Shown one piece after another: positions 18,826 through 26,887 of a stretch of 64,000 nucleotides of DNA (within the stretch, counting starts at the first letter, position 1; the number at the start of each line of letters is the position of its first letter). Position numbers and translations under genes: made by a program. The notes under the pieces are model-generated. The model worked only from the letters and a program-made list of their open reading frames with translations. It ran no database searches and was not told the DNA's origin. Source of the DNA: Candidatus Sumerlaeota bacterium (lineage in GTDB: Bacteria; Sumerlaeota; Sumerlaeia; SLMS01; JAHLLQ01); NCBI GenBank assembly GCA_030156535.1, contig JASGMJ010000020.1, positions 3,571-67,570 of the forward strand, read 5' to 3'.

Positions 18826-20643
18826 TCATTGCAGCATCCAGGAATCCGTGTGGGGCGAGAGCACCGAACGTGCCTGATAGAGGAAATTATCGGCGCGCGT
18901 GCCGAGCATGTTGGCGTCGTTGGAAAAGTATTCGTGGTAGCCGATGCCCGCGCGCCCGGCGGCAAAGGTTGAGTCGGTGGCGCTGTGGAAGAGGGAGCCA
19001 TTCAGCCAGTACTCGATCGTGTTGCCACGGCACACGATTCGGAACGTGTGCCACAGGTCGAGCCCGAAGTAGAACGGCGAGGCTTCCTTGAAGTCGGTGA
19101 ACACGCCATCAACGACCTTGCCGGCGCGGATGCGTCCGTCGTGGGTGTCGAACGTCATCGCATAGCAGTTGCCGCCGCCGTAGAACGTCGATTCGAAGGC
19201 ACCCTGTCCCTGGTCGCGGGCAAAGATGCCGACGCGCTCGAAGCCGTCGCCGGCGACCTCGGGGCGATAGTCGCAGAAGATGTCCGCCTGCACCACGCAG
19301 TTGCCGTCCATGCGTTCGCCGACGCGTGTCGTCTCGATGCCGCCACTGGGGTCCATGACAACCATCACGGTGCCGTCGCCGCCATTGGGAGCCGGTGGGG
19401 AGAAGGCCTCCACGGGGTTGAAGGTGAACTTGTCGTCCCAGGCGAGTTGACGTCCCGTGGCGGGGAAGGAATCGACGAGGTCTTTCGGCCGTGATCCGCC
19501 GGCGCGCACGAGCAGCAGGCTGTTGGCGACAGCGCGCTGGCTGCCGTCGGACGGGCTGTTCTCGAGGGTTCCCTGCACCACCATGGTGGAGGAGCCGCCG
19601 CCGTCCAGATTGAGGGCGTGCGTGGCGCCGAGGGTGTCCTTGGCGAAGGTGGCCATGTCGTCGAACGTCATGCCGATGCTGAAGCCCGTCTGGCGTCCAT
19701 CCACAACAATCAGGAACCCGTGCGTGTCGTTGCAGGCCAGCATCGTGCGCGGTTGCAGGCCCTTGAAGCTGTCGCTGAAACCGGCCCAGTTCGACGTGTT
19801 GGCGTTGCCGTCCTTCAGGATCCAGCCCGCGCCGTCCGTGACGAGGCGCGCGTTGTTCCACATGGATTCCGACAACCCCAGACGCCACGTGACCCGCTCG
19901 CCCACCTGGGCCTTCTGGGCGAGGGTGGTGCCCTTGCTGTCGCGCGCGGCGAGCACCGCCCCTCCTTCGGGAATCGCATTGTTGATCGATGCCGAGCCGG
20001 TGTGCACAGCCGTCACGACGCCGGACATTTCCTTCCCCGGCCGCATGGGGTAGGTGACGTCGGCGAGCAGCACCTCCGTCCCCTGCGCCGTCGTCGTGGT
20101 GCTCGGCCCCCAGTGCGGCGTGTAAATGACGAGTGTGCCCGACTGCCGGTCCTCGTTGATGAGGTCGATGCCGAGGGACGAGCCGTCGGCGAAGCGCAAC
20201 TGGTTGTCGGTGATCGTGGGGCGGATGGAGATCATCATGCCGCCGGAGTCGAGATAAGCGAGAGCGGGCCACGAGCGGCTGAGGTCGGGCCATTGCAGGT
20301 AGTTGGATTCGCTGCCGAGGCTGCCGATGAGGTCGTTGCCAGTGCCGAAGAACCCGGCGTTGACGGCGGCGAGGACTTCGCGCTCGGGCGGGTCGTTATA
20401 GCGGGCAGCCATGGCGGAAACGGCTTCCTTCGTCTGCGAGCTGCGCTGCCCGAAGGGGAACCCCATCATCAGGTCGATTTCCGGGCGGTCGAGTTCCCAC
20501 TGCACCACATAGGCGCGCACGGGGCCGGGGAGGACGAACTCACTGTAGATCACGCCATCGGCGATGGGCCCGGCAGCGGCGGGAGCAGCGAGGAAGAGAA
20601 GCGCGGGGAGAACGAAGAGGAGGGGGAGCGTGGTGTGCTTCAT
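18826..20643 (-). CDS. secreted phosphodiester glycosidase family protein (NAGPA/'uncovering-enzyme'-like domain) with a C-terminal DUF1080 (laminin-G-like hydrolase) domain
   Basis: Signal peptide MKHTTLPLLFVLPALLFLAAPAAA. Central ...THALNLDGGGSSTMVV... is typical of the phosphodiester glycosidase domain. The C-terminal ~200 aa end in ...TIEYWLNGSL..., as in DUF1080. Confidence 0.7.
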   Translation of the reverse strand: MKHTTLPLLFVLPALLFLAAPAAAGPIADGVIYSEFVLPGPVRAYVVQWELDRPEIDLMMGFPFGQRSSQTKEAVSAMAARYNDPPEREVLAAVNAGFFGTGNDLIGSLGSESNYLQWPDLSRSWPALAYLDSGGMMISIRPTITDNQLRFADGSSLGIDLINEDRQSGTLVIYTPHWGPSTTTTAQGTEVLLADVTYPMRPGKEMSGVVTAVHTGSASINNAIPEGGAVLAARDSKGTTLAQKAQVGERVTWRLGLSESMWNNARLVTDGAGWILKDGNANTSNWAGFSDSFKGLQPRTMLACNDTHGFLIVVDGRQTGFSIGMTFDDMATFAKDTLGATHALNLDGGGSSTMVVQGTLENSPSDGSQRAVANSLLLVRAGGSRPKDLVDSFPATGRQLAWDDKFTFNPVEAFSPPAPNGGDGTVMVVMDPSGGIETTRVGERMDGNCVVQADIFCDYRPEVAGDGFERVGIFARDQGQGAFESTFYGGGNCYAMTFDTHDGRIRAGKVVDGVFTDFKEASPFYFGLDLWHTFRIVCRGNTIEYWLNGSLFHSATDSTFAAGRAGIGYHEYFSNDANMLGTRADNFLYQARSVLSPHTDSWMLQ

Positions 20644-20719
20644 GGAGAGGACTCCTTGCCTTCTTGCAAACGATTACGACAAGTAGATTCCCCCCGCGCG
20701 GCAAACCCGCAAGGGGGAA

Positions 20720-21700
20720 TCACCCCTTTCCGCCCGCCTCCTTCGCCTGTCTTGCCATCGTGAGGTAGCCCCCGATGTAGGGGAGCCCGCCGATCGCGGG
20801 GACGACGTAGCGCAGCGAAACCAGCAGGCCCGCCGCCACCAGCGCCGCGCGCGGGTTGCCAGCACTCGCGAAAATCGCCACGATGGCCCAGTCGCGCACC
20901 CCCACGCCCGCGATCGACAGCGGCATGAGGCCCGCAAAGATCGCGATCGGCATCCGCGCCATCACCTCGAACACGTTGGCATCGACGTGCACCGCGCGAA
21001 AGAAACACGCAATCTGCAGCAGGTGGAGCAGCCAGATCGTGAAGCTCCAGGCGACGATCCTGCCGCGCCGCCCACCGTCCGCATGAACGAGGCGCGCCAC
21101 GCCCGGGGCAGACTCCAGCAGGCCGAGAATCTTCGCTGCGGGCTTGAGCTTGCGCATTCCGGCGGGCACCAGCGCGGCAAGGCGCCCGGCGGCCCCCGGC
21201 GTGAAGTAGACGGCCCACACAACGGCCACCAGCACGGCTCCCAGGACGAGCACGGCCAGCACCCACCAGTCCATCCGGGGTGCCAGCATCCAGCCCAGAA
21301 TCATCCAGGCGCTCAGGGCCGCGAGGTCCAACAGCTTCTCGAAAACGACGATCTGCATTCCCGCCGCCAGCCCGCACCGCCCCTGGCGATAAAGGAACAC
21401 GCCCTTGGCAAGATCGCCGAGTTTGCTGGGCAGCACGAGGTTCAGGCAGTTGCTTGCCAGCACCTGGCGCCCGGCCTCGCGCCAGTTCAGCGGCGCGACG
21501 GGCTGCGCGATCAGCGCCCAGCGGCGCGCGATGGCGAGAATCTGGGGGATGAAGAAGATGATGGCGGCGGTGAACCACCCGGGGTGGATGCCGTTGAGCA
21601 CCCCGGCGAGCGCGGCGCGATCGACACTGAGAATCAGCAGGGCCAGCAGGGCGAGCGAGATGGCGAGCGAGAGCAGGCGCTTGGCGTTGGAGGCGTTCAC
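20720..21700 (-). CDS. lysylphosphatidylglycerol-synthase-TM-like ('flippase-like', UPF0104) polytopic membrane protein
   Basis: 8+ TM helices and the C-terminal region ...MPLSIAGVGVRDWAIVAIF... characteristic of the LPG_synthase_TM family. Start assigned to the GTG at 21700; the upstream ORF part is Arg/Pro-rich and overlaps panB on the other strand. Confidence 0.55.
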   Translation of the reverse strand: MNASNAKRLLSLAISLALLALLILSVDRAALAGVLNGIHPGWFTAAIIFFIPQILAIARRWALIAQPVAPLNWREAGRQVLASNCLNLVLPSKLGDLAKGVFLYRQGRCGLAAGMQIVVFEKLLDLAALSAWMILGWMLAPRMDWWVLAVLVLGAVLVAVVWAVYFTPGAAGRLAALVPAGMRKLKPAAKILGLLESAPGVARLVHADGGRRGRIVAWSFTIWLLHLLQIACFFRAVHVDANVFEVMARMPIAIFAGLMPLSIAGVGVRDWAIVAIFASAGNPRAALVAAGLLVSLRYVVPAIGGLPYIGGYLTMARQAKEAGGKG

Positions 21701-22011
21701 GGGTGCCTTTGCGGGGGGGGGGATTGGACGGCGCGGATGAATCGGCCGATTTCGCCGGAGAATCAGAGGCGCGGGTTCTCTTGTACTCCGTCCACGCCTT
21801 GCATCCCCGGGATTGTCCGCCAGCCTTGGGGCCCTTGCGGGCCGTGCGCAAGACCATCGGGCCCGCGCGGAGCGGAGAAACGGGGCGGGGCGTCTGCGGC
21901 GCGTTTTCACCGAGGCGTTCCGCGAACCGCGCTCTTTCGCCCCCTTTCCCCTTCCCCCAAGGCGGGGATGGTGCATAGGGTACGCGCACTTCGCCCGCGA
22001 AAGGGTTGGGA

Positions 22012-22878
22012 ATGGCCGAGAATGTAGACAAGCCGGAAGCCTCTGAAGGAGGCGTTGCCCCAAAAGTTCCTCCCGCTCCCAAGGGAGTGCAGAACAAGGT
22101 GCGCATCAATCATCTCGCGCAGATGAAGCAGGCCGGCCGGCCGCTCGTCATGATTACGGCCTACGATGCGTGCTTTGGCGCGCTGGCCGACGAGGCAGGC
22201 GCCGACATGATCCTGGTCGGCGATTCCGCCGGCATGGTCGTCCACGGTTTCGATACGACGATCCCCGTCTCCGTGGAAATGATGGAGATGCATGTGGCCG
22301 CCGTGGCGCGCGGAGCCAAGCGCGCCATGATCGTGGCCGACATGCCCTTCATGTCCTACCAGGTCTGCACGCAGGATGCGGTGCGCAACGCGGGGCGTTT
22401 CATCAAGGCAGGCGCCCAGGTGGTCAAAATCGAAGGCTTCGGCCCGCGCATCCGCGAAACTGTTCGCGCGCTGCACGAGACCGGCATCCCCGTCATCGGG
22501 CACATCGGTCTGGTGCCCCAGTCCGTTCACGCTCTCTCGGGCTATCGCGTGCAGGGACGCACGGAGGCCGCCGCCGAGCGTCTGATGGAAATGGCGCGCC
22601 TGCAGGAAGAGGCGGGGCTCTCGGCCATCGTGCTTGAGTGCATTCCCTCGGCACTCGCCCGCGATATCACCGAGGCCATTCAGATTCCCACCATCGGTAT
22701 CGGCGCCGGGCCGCACTGCGACGGCCAGGTGCTCGTGATGCACGATCTGCTCGGGCTGACCAAGAACCCGCCGAGCTTTGCGCGCAAGTACATCGACCTG
22801 CGGGCGGGCACGCTTCGTGCCTTCCGCAAATACGCCCGCGACGTCCGCGAGCGCGCGTTCCCCGAGCCGAAAGAGTAG
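22012..22878 (+). CDS. panB: 3-methyl-2-oxobutanoate hydroxymethyltransferase (ketopantoate hydroxymethyltransferase)
   Basis: Colinear with PanB (ITAYD, MILVGDSxGMVVxGxDTTxPV, VADMPFMSY, VKIEG, PVxGHIGLxPQS, IGIGAG). Confidence 0.9.
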   Translation: MAENVDKPEASEGGVAPKVPPAPKGVQNKVRINHLAQMKQAGRPLVMITAYDACFGALADEAGADMILVGDSAGMVVHGFDTTIPVSVEMMEMHVAAVARGAKRAMIVADMPFMSYQVCTQDAVRNAGRFIKAGAQVVKIEGFGPRIRETVRALHETGIPVIGHIGLVPQSVHALSGYRVQGRTEAAAERLMEMARLQEEAGLSAIVLECIPSALARDITEAIQIPTIGIGAGPHCDGQVLVMHDLLGLTKNPPSFARKYIDLRAGTLRAFRKYARDVRERAFPEPKE

Positions 22879-22924
22879 GGGGACTCCCCGCAAGCTGGGC
22901 CCAGCACAAAACCGGAGAGATTCC

Positions 22925-23866
22925 GTGGCCGATCACGCCATCATTCAACGACTGCGCGATAACATCGCCACCGTCTATCACGGCAGCAGCGAGGTCGTGG
23001 ACCTGTGCATTGTTGCCCTTCTGGCGCGCGGCCACCTGCTCTTCGAGGACGTGCCCGGCGTCGGCAAGACGACGCTCGCCTCGGTGCTCGCCGGCTCGAT
23101 CAACTGCTCGTTCCGCCGCATTCAGTTCACCAGCGACCTGCTCCCCTCCGACATTCTGGGCGTCACGATCTACCGCAAGGACTCCGGCGAGTTCGAGTTC
23201 AAGCAGGGGCCGCTGTTCGCCAACATCGTGCTGGCCGACGAGATCAATCGCTCCACCCCCAAGACGCAGTCCGCCCTGCTCGAAGCGATGAACAACGCGC
23301 GTGTCTCGATGGACGGACAGGTCTACCCGCTGCCGCGCCCCTTCATGGTCCTCGCCACCCAGAACCCCCTCGAATCCCACGGCACCTTTCCGCTGCCCAA
23401 CAGCCAGATGGACCGCTTTGTCATGCGCCTGCATCTGGGCTACCCGGAGCGCGACAAGGAGATGATGGTGCTGCGCGAGCAACGTCTTGCCATGACCGAT
23501 CAGGACGTGAAGCCCGTGGTGGACGCCGTGGAAATCGTCGCCCTGCAGGAAGCCGTGGCCAATGTGCGCGTCGACGACGACCTGCTCCAGTACATCGTGC
23601 GTATCGGCGAAGCGACGCGCGAATCGCCCAAGTTCGAGATCGGCTGCTCGACGCGCGGCCTGCTGGCTCTGCGCCGCTCCGCCCAGGCCTGGGCCTACGT
23701 CAACGGCCGCGAATACGCCACGCCCGACGACATCCAGCACATCGCCATTCCCGTCCTCGCGCATCGCGTGCAGTTCGCACGCACCTTCGAGCGCGCGACC
23801 TTCACGCACGAGGAAGATCAGGCCGCCATTCGCCACATTCTCGAACAGGTGGAAGTGCCGCTCTGA
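22925..23866 (+). CDS. MoxR-family AAA+ ATPase
   Basis: Walker A DVPGVGKTTLA, Walker B VLADEINR and the conserved MoxR C-terminal region. GTG start at 22925 is preceded by GGAGAG. Confidence 0.85.
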   Translation: MADHAIIQRLRDNIATVYHGSSEVVDLCIVALLARGHLLFEDVPGVGKTTLASVLAGSINCSFRRIQFTSDLLPSDILGVTIYRKDSGEFEFKQGPLFANIVLADEINRSTPKTQSALLEAMNNARVSMDGQVYPLPRPFMVLATQNPLESHGTFPLPNSQMDRFVMRLHLGYPERDKEMMVLREQRLAMTDQDVKPVVDAVEIVALQEAVANVRVDDDLLQYIVRIGEATRESPKFEIGCSTRGLLALRRSAQAWAYVNGREYATPDDIQHIAIPVLAHRVQFARTFERATFTHEEDQAAIRHILEQVEVPL

Positions 23867-23879
23867 CGCGGCCGGTTTC

Positions 23880-24266
23880 TCAGAGAATCCCCAAACGCTC
23901 GCGGAACTTCGGAGTCAGGACGTGCTGCGTGCAACTGATCTCCTGCCCCTCGATGTAGAACTTCCCGTCGCCGGGACAGCGCGGCAGTTGCGCCGCCGCC
24001 TGCGCCATCTGCTCCGTCGAAAGATGACTGCCGAACGACATCTGGCTGGTGATCAGGGTCGTCAGCGCGATCCGGCGGTTGGCGTCGCACACCGAGCTGC
24101 GCGCACGGTCCGGCAGTGTCAGCATGAACGGAATCCCCGCAGCTCCACCCGCGCCGCCGCCCGGCCCGCCGTTCATGTACATCCCCGTCAGGATGAAAAT
24201 GATCAGCAGCGCCATGATGGCGGAAAGAAGCGCTACACCCCGTTTGGCCCGGCGGAAGACAAGCAT
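23880..24266 (-). CDS. small membrane-anchored hypothetical protein (N-terminal TM helix, Gly-rich linker)
   Basis: 128-aa ORF: MLVFRRAKRGVALLSAIMALLIIFIL... then GGPGGGAGGAAG and a Cys-containing C-terminal domain. No recognised family. Confidence 0.4.
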   Translation of the reverse strand: MLVFRRAKRGVALLSAIMALLIIFILTGMYMNGGPGGGAGGAAGIPFMLTLPDRARSSVCDANRRIALTTLITSQMSFGSHLSTEQMAQAAAQLPRCPGDGKFYIEGQEISCTQHVLTPKFRERLGIL

Positions 24267-24405
24267 GATCGAACTCCCACTTCACTGTATGCAGGCGCCC
24301 TGTGGCTGTCACCCCGAATGATCGGACAATCGCGCCAAAGCGGGCGTTCCCTCCTCTCGACTTTCGCCTCCGCCCGTGGCACTTTTGCGCAGCGAGGTGT
24401 CACGA

Positions 24406-24657
24406 ATGCCCCATAACCCGCCCGCTGCCTCCTTTCTCGACATCACCGGCGACGTCTGTCCCATGACCTATGTGAAGACGAAAATCGCCCTGGAGGACCT
24501 CGCGCCCGGCGAGGTCCTCGCCGTCCTCCTGCGCGGCACCGAGCCCCTCCGCAACGTAACGCAATCCTGCACGCTCGATGGGCACACCGTTCTGCGGCAG
24601 GACTCCGGGGAAGATGGCTGCACACGGATTCTGATCCGCCGAGGCACAGATGACTGA
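24406..24657 (+). CDS. TusA-like sulfurtransferase (CPxP motif)
   Basis: 83 aa with DITGDVCPMTYVKTK (the CPxP active-site motif of the TusA/SirA family). GAGGTG lies upstream of the ATG at 24406. Confidence 0.7.
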   Translation: MPHNPPAASFLDITGDVCPMTYVKTKIALEDLAPGEVLAVLLRGTEPLRNVTQSCTLDGHTVLRQDSGEDGCTRILIRRGTDD

Positions 24658-25465
24658 CAAGCAGGGCAACTTGCCAGCCAACTGGCTCGAACGGTACAGC
24701 AGGAACATCCTGCTCCCCGGCGTCGGGGGGCGGGGACAGCGCCGCCTGCTGGCCGCGCGGGTCGCCGTGGTGGGGCTCGGTGGGCTTGGCAGCCCGGCCG
24801 CCCTCTATCTGGCCGCGTCGGGTGTCGGGACGCTCGACCTGATCGATTCCGATGCCGTCGAATTGTCCAATCTCCAGCGCCAGATTCTCCATGGAACCCC
24901 TGATCTCGGGCGCCCCAAGACGGCCTCGGCGGGCGAGGCGCTTGCCCGTCTCAACCCCGGGGTCCACCTGAACCTTCATGCCGAGCGGCTCGATTCCGGG
25001 AACGCGGCGGAGCTGCTCGGGAAGGCCGATGTGATTCTCGACGGGTCGGACAACTTTGCCACCCGTTATCTGGTGAACGAGACGGCCGTGCGATTGGGGA
25101 GGCCGCTGGTGACGGCATCGTTGTTTCGTTTCGAGGGCCAGGCGGCGGTGTTCCTCAATGCGGGCGGCCCGGAGGAACCGTGCTACCGGTGCCTCTTCCC
25201 CGTGCCGCCACCCGCCGGCGCCCTCCCCTCCTGCCAGGAGGCTGGCATCCTCGGTTCGGTCGCCGGACTGCTCGGAACGATCCAGGCCACCGAGGCCCTG
25301 AAACTGCTCCTCGGCATCGGGGAACCGCTCACTGGGCGGGTTCTGGGGGTCGATGCCCTCTCCATGGAGTTCACCACTTTGCGCGTTCGGCGCAACCCGG
25401 CTTGCCCCCTGCACGGGGCGGAGAGCTCGATGCTGCCGCCCTTCCACCCCTCCGATTCCACCTGA
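24650..25465 (+). CDS. MoeB/ThiF-family E1-like adenylyltransferase
   Basis: Rossmann GLGGLGSP motif, RQIL, and CxxC pairs (CYRC...CP). The start ATG overlaps the tusA-like stop (ATGACTGA). Confidence 0.85.
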   Translation: MTDKQGNLPANWLERYSRNILLPGVGGRGQRRLLAARVAVVGLGGLGSPAALYLAASGVGTLDLIDSDAVELSNLQRQILHGTPDLGRPKTASAGEALARLNPGVHLNLHAERLDSGNAAELLGKADVILDGSDNFATRYLVNETAVRLGRPLVTASLFRFEGQAAVFLNAGGPEEPCYRCLFPVPPPAGALPSCQEAGILGSVAGLLGTIQATEALKLLLGIGEPLTGRVLGVDALSMEFTTLRVRRNPACPLHGAESSMLPPFHPSDST

Positions 25466-25474
25466 AGCCCGCCG

Positions 25475-26653
25475 ATGCCCCTGCTTTCCCTCCGTCTCGA
25501 AAACTTCCGGCTCGTCGGGCGCGCCAACATCGAACTGGCGCCCGGGATCAATCTGTTCTGGGGCGACAATGCCCAGGGAAAGACCACGGTTCTGGAGGCG
25601 GCCGGGATGCTGGCGACGGGCAGGAGCTTTCGCACCGCCCGCGACCGCGAGTGCATTGGATGGGGAGCAGGCGAGCAGCGGGTCGGTGCCGTCGAGGGGG
25701 TCTTTACGGCCGGACCCAGCCGCCACGAAGTCCGGGTGGCCATCGAACCATCGCGCAAAGCAGTATGGCTTGACAGAAAGCCGCTCCGGGCGCTTTCGGA
25801 GCTCTGGGGGCTTTTCCGCACCGTGTTCTTCGTCCCCGCCGACCTGGGTCTGATTCAGGGTCCGCCCCAGCAGCGGCGCGCGGCTCTGGACACCCTCCTC
25901 TCCCAGAGCCAACCTGCATATTTGCAGACACTGGTCGGGATGACGCGGGCGCTGGCGAGCCGCAACGGTCTGCTGCGTCGGCACGTGCCTCCCACCGATC
26001 CGCAATACGACGCTTTCGAGAAGACGCTGGCCGTTTCCGCAGCTCGAACAATGCTGGCGCGGGCGCGTCTCGCGGAGCGGCTGACCGAGGCGACCCGCGT
26101 CACAATGGCCGAGATCACGGGCGGAACCGAGGAACTGGCGCTCGTTTATGAGGCCGGTTTTGGCACGGCGAGCGGAATCGGGGCGCTTTGCGCCGCCGGA
26201 ACGCCCGCAGATGAGTTGGCGGCCGAGCTGCTGGCGCTCTGGCGCCGCGCCCGAAAAGGCGATCTGGAGCGCGGCGTGACCCGCGAAGGCCCCCATCGCG
26301 ACGACCTGCGCTTCGAGATCGGCGGGCATGACGCGCGCAGCTACGCAAGCCAGGGGCAGACGCGCAGCGCGGTTCTCGCATTGAGATTGGCCGAGTTGGA
26401 TCTGCTGGCGGGTCTGGATCCCGGGCGCCCGCCGGTCCTGTTGCTCGACGACATTCTGGGGGAACTGGACGCCGGGCGGGCCGAGCGCTTTCTGAACTTG
26501 GTGGCAAAGCGCCAGGTGCAGACACTGATGACGGCGACGGGAGCGGCCATCGTGGAGGCGACCCTGCCAGTTGAGCGCCGATTTTGCTTGGAGAAGGGGA
26601 ACGTGACACCGGACCGGGAGACCCCTGGTGCGGACCGCAGTGGCGGCCAATGA
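25475..26653 (+). CDS. recF: DNA replication and repair protein RecF
   Basis: N-terminal Walker A (GDNAQGKTTVLEA), an SMC-like signature region and Walker B (LLLDDILGELD). Colinear with RecF. Confidence 0.88.
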   Translation: MPLLSLRLENFRLVGRANIELAPGINLFWGDNAQGKTTVLEAAGMLATGRSFRTARDRECIGWGAGEQRVGAVEGVFTAGPSRHEVRVAIEPSRKAVWLDRKPLRALSELWGLFRTVFFVPADLGLIQGPPQQRRAALDTLLSQSQPAYLQTLVGMTRALASRNGLLRRHVPPTDPQYDAFEKTLAVSAARTMLARARLAERLTEATRVTMAEITGGTEELALVYEAGFGTASGIGALCAAGTPADELAAELLALWRRARKGDLERGVTREGPHRDDLRFEIGGHDARSYASQGQTRSAVLALRLAELDLLAGLDPGRPPVLLLDDILGELDAGRAERFLNLVAKRQVQTLMTATGAAIVEATLPVERRFCLEKGNVTPDRETPGADRSGGQ

Positions 26654-26887
26654 AGCGCACCTCGTAACAGCCGACTTCTTGCGGCAAATAATACTTGTCA
26701 GCCCTCGCGCTGGGCGTGGTATACGCCAAAGCCTGAGATTGGGCAATACGGGGCAACGTTGCCCCAAATCAGGGCCGGAAGAAGGTTTAGTCAATTGACC
26801 AGGCGAGGACGAAAAAAGACGACGACACAGTCCGGGTCGGGCTCCGGTGGAGTCGGAGTTCTCTCAACCCCACGTGTCGTGCGCGAA

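Noticed and set aside
22006-22063. Longer N-terminal extensions of panB (TTG at 22006) and of the flippase-like gene (ATG at 22063)
   Set aside because: The two extensions would overlap each other on opposite strands and are low-complexity (Arg/Pro-rich). The internal ATG at 22012 for panB and the GTG at 21700 for the flippase-like gene give proteins that align from their N-termini with homologs.
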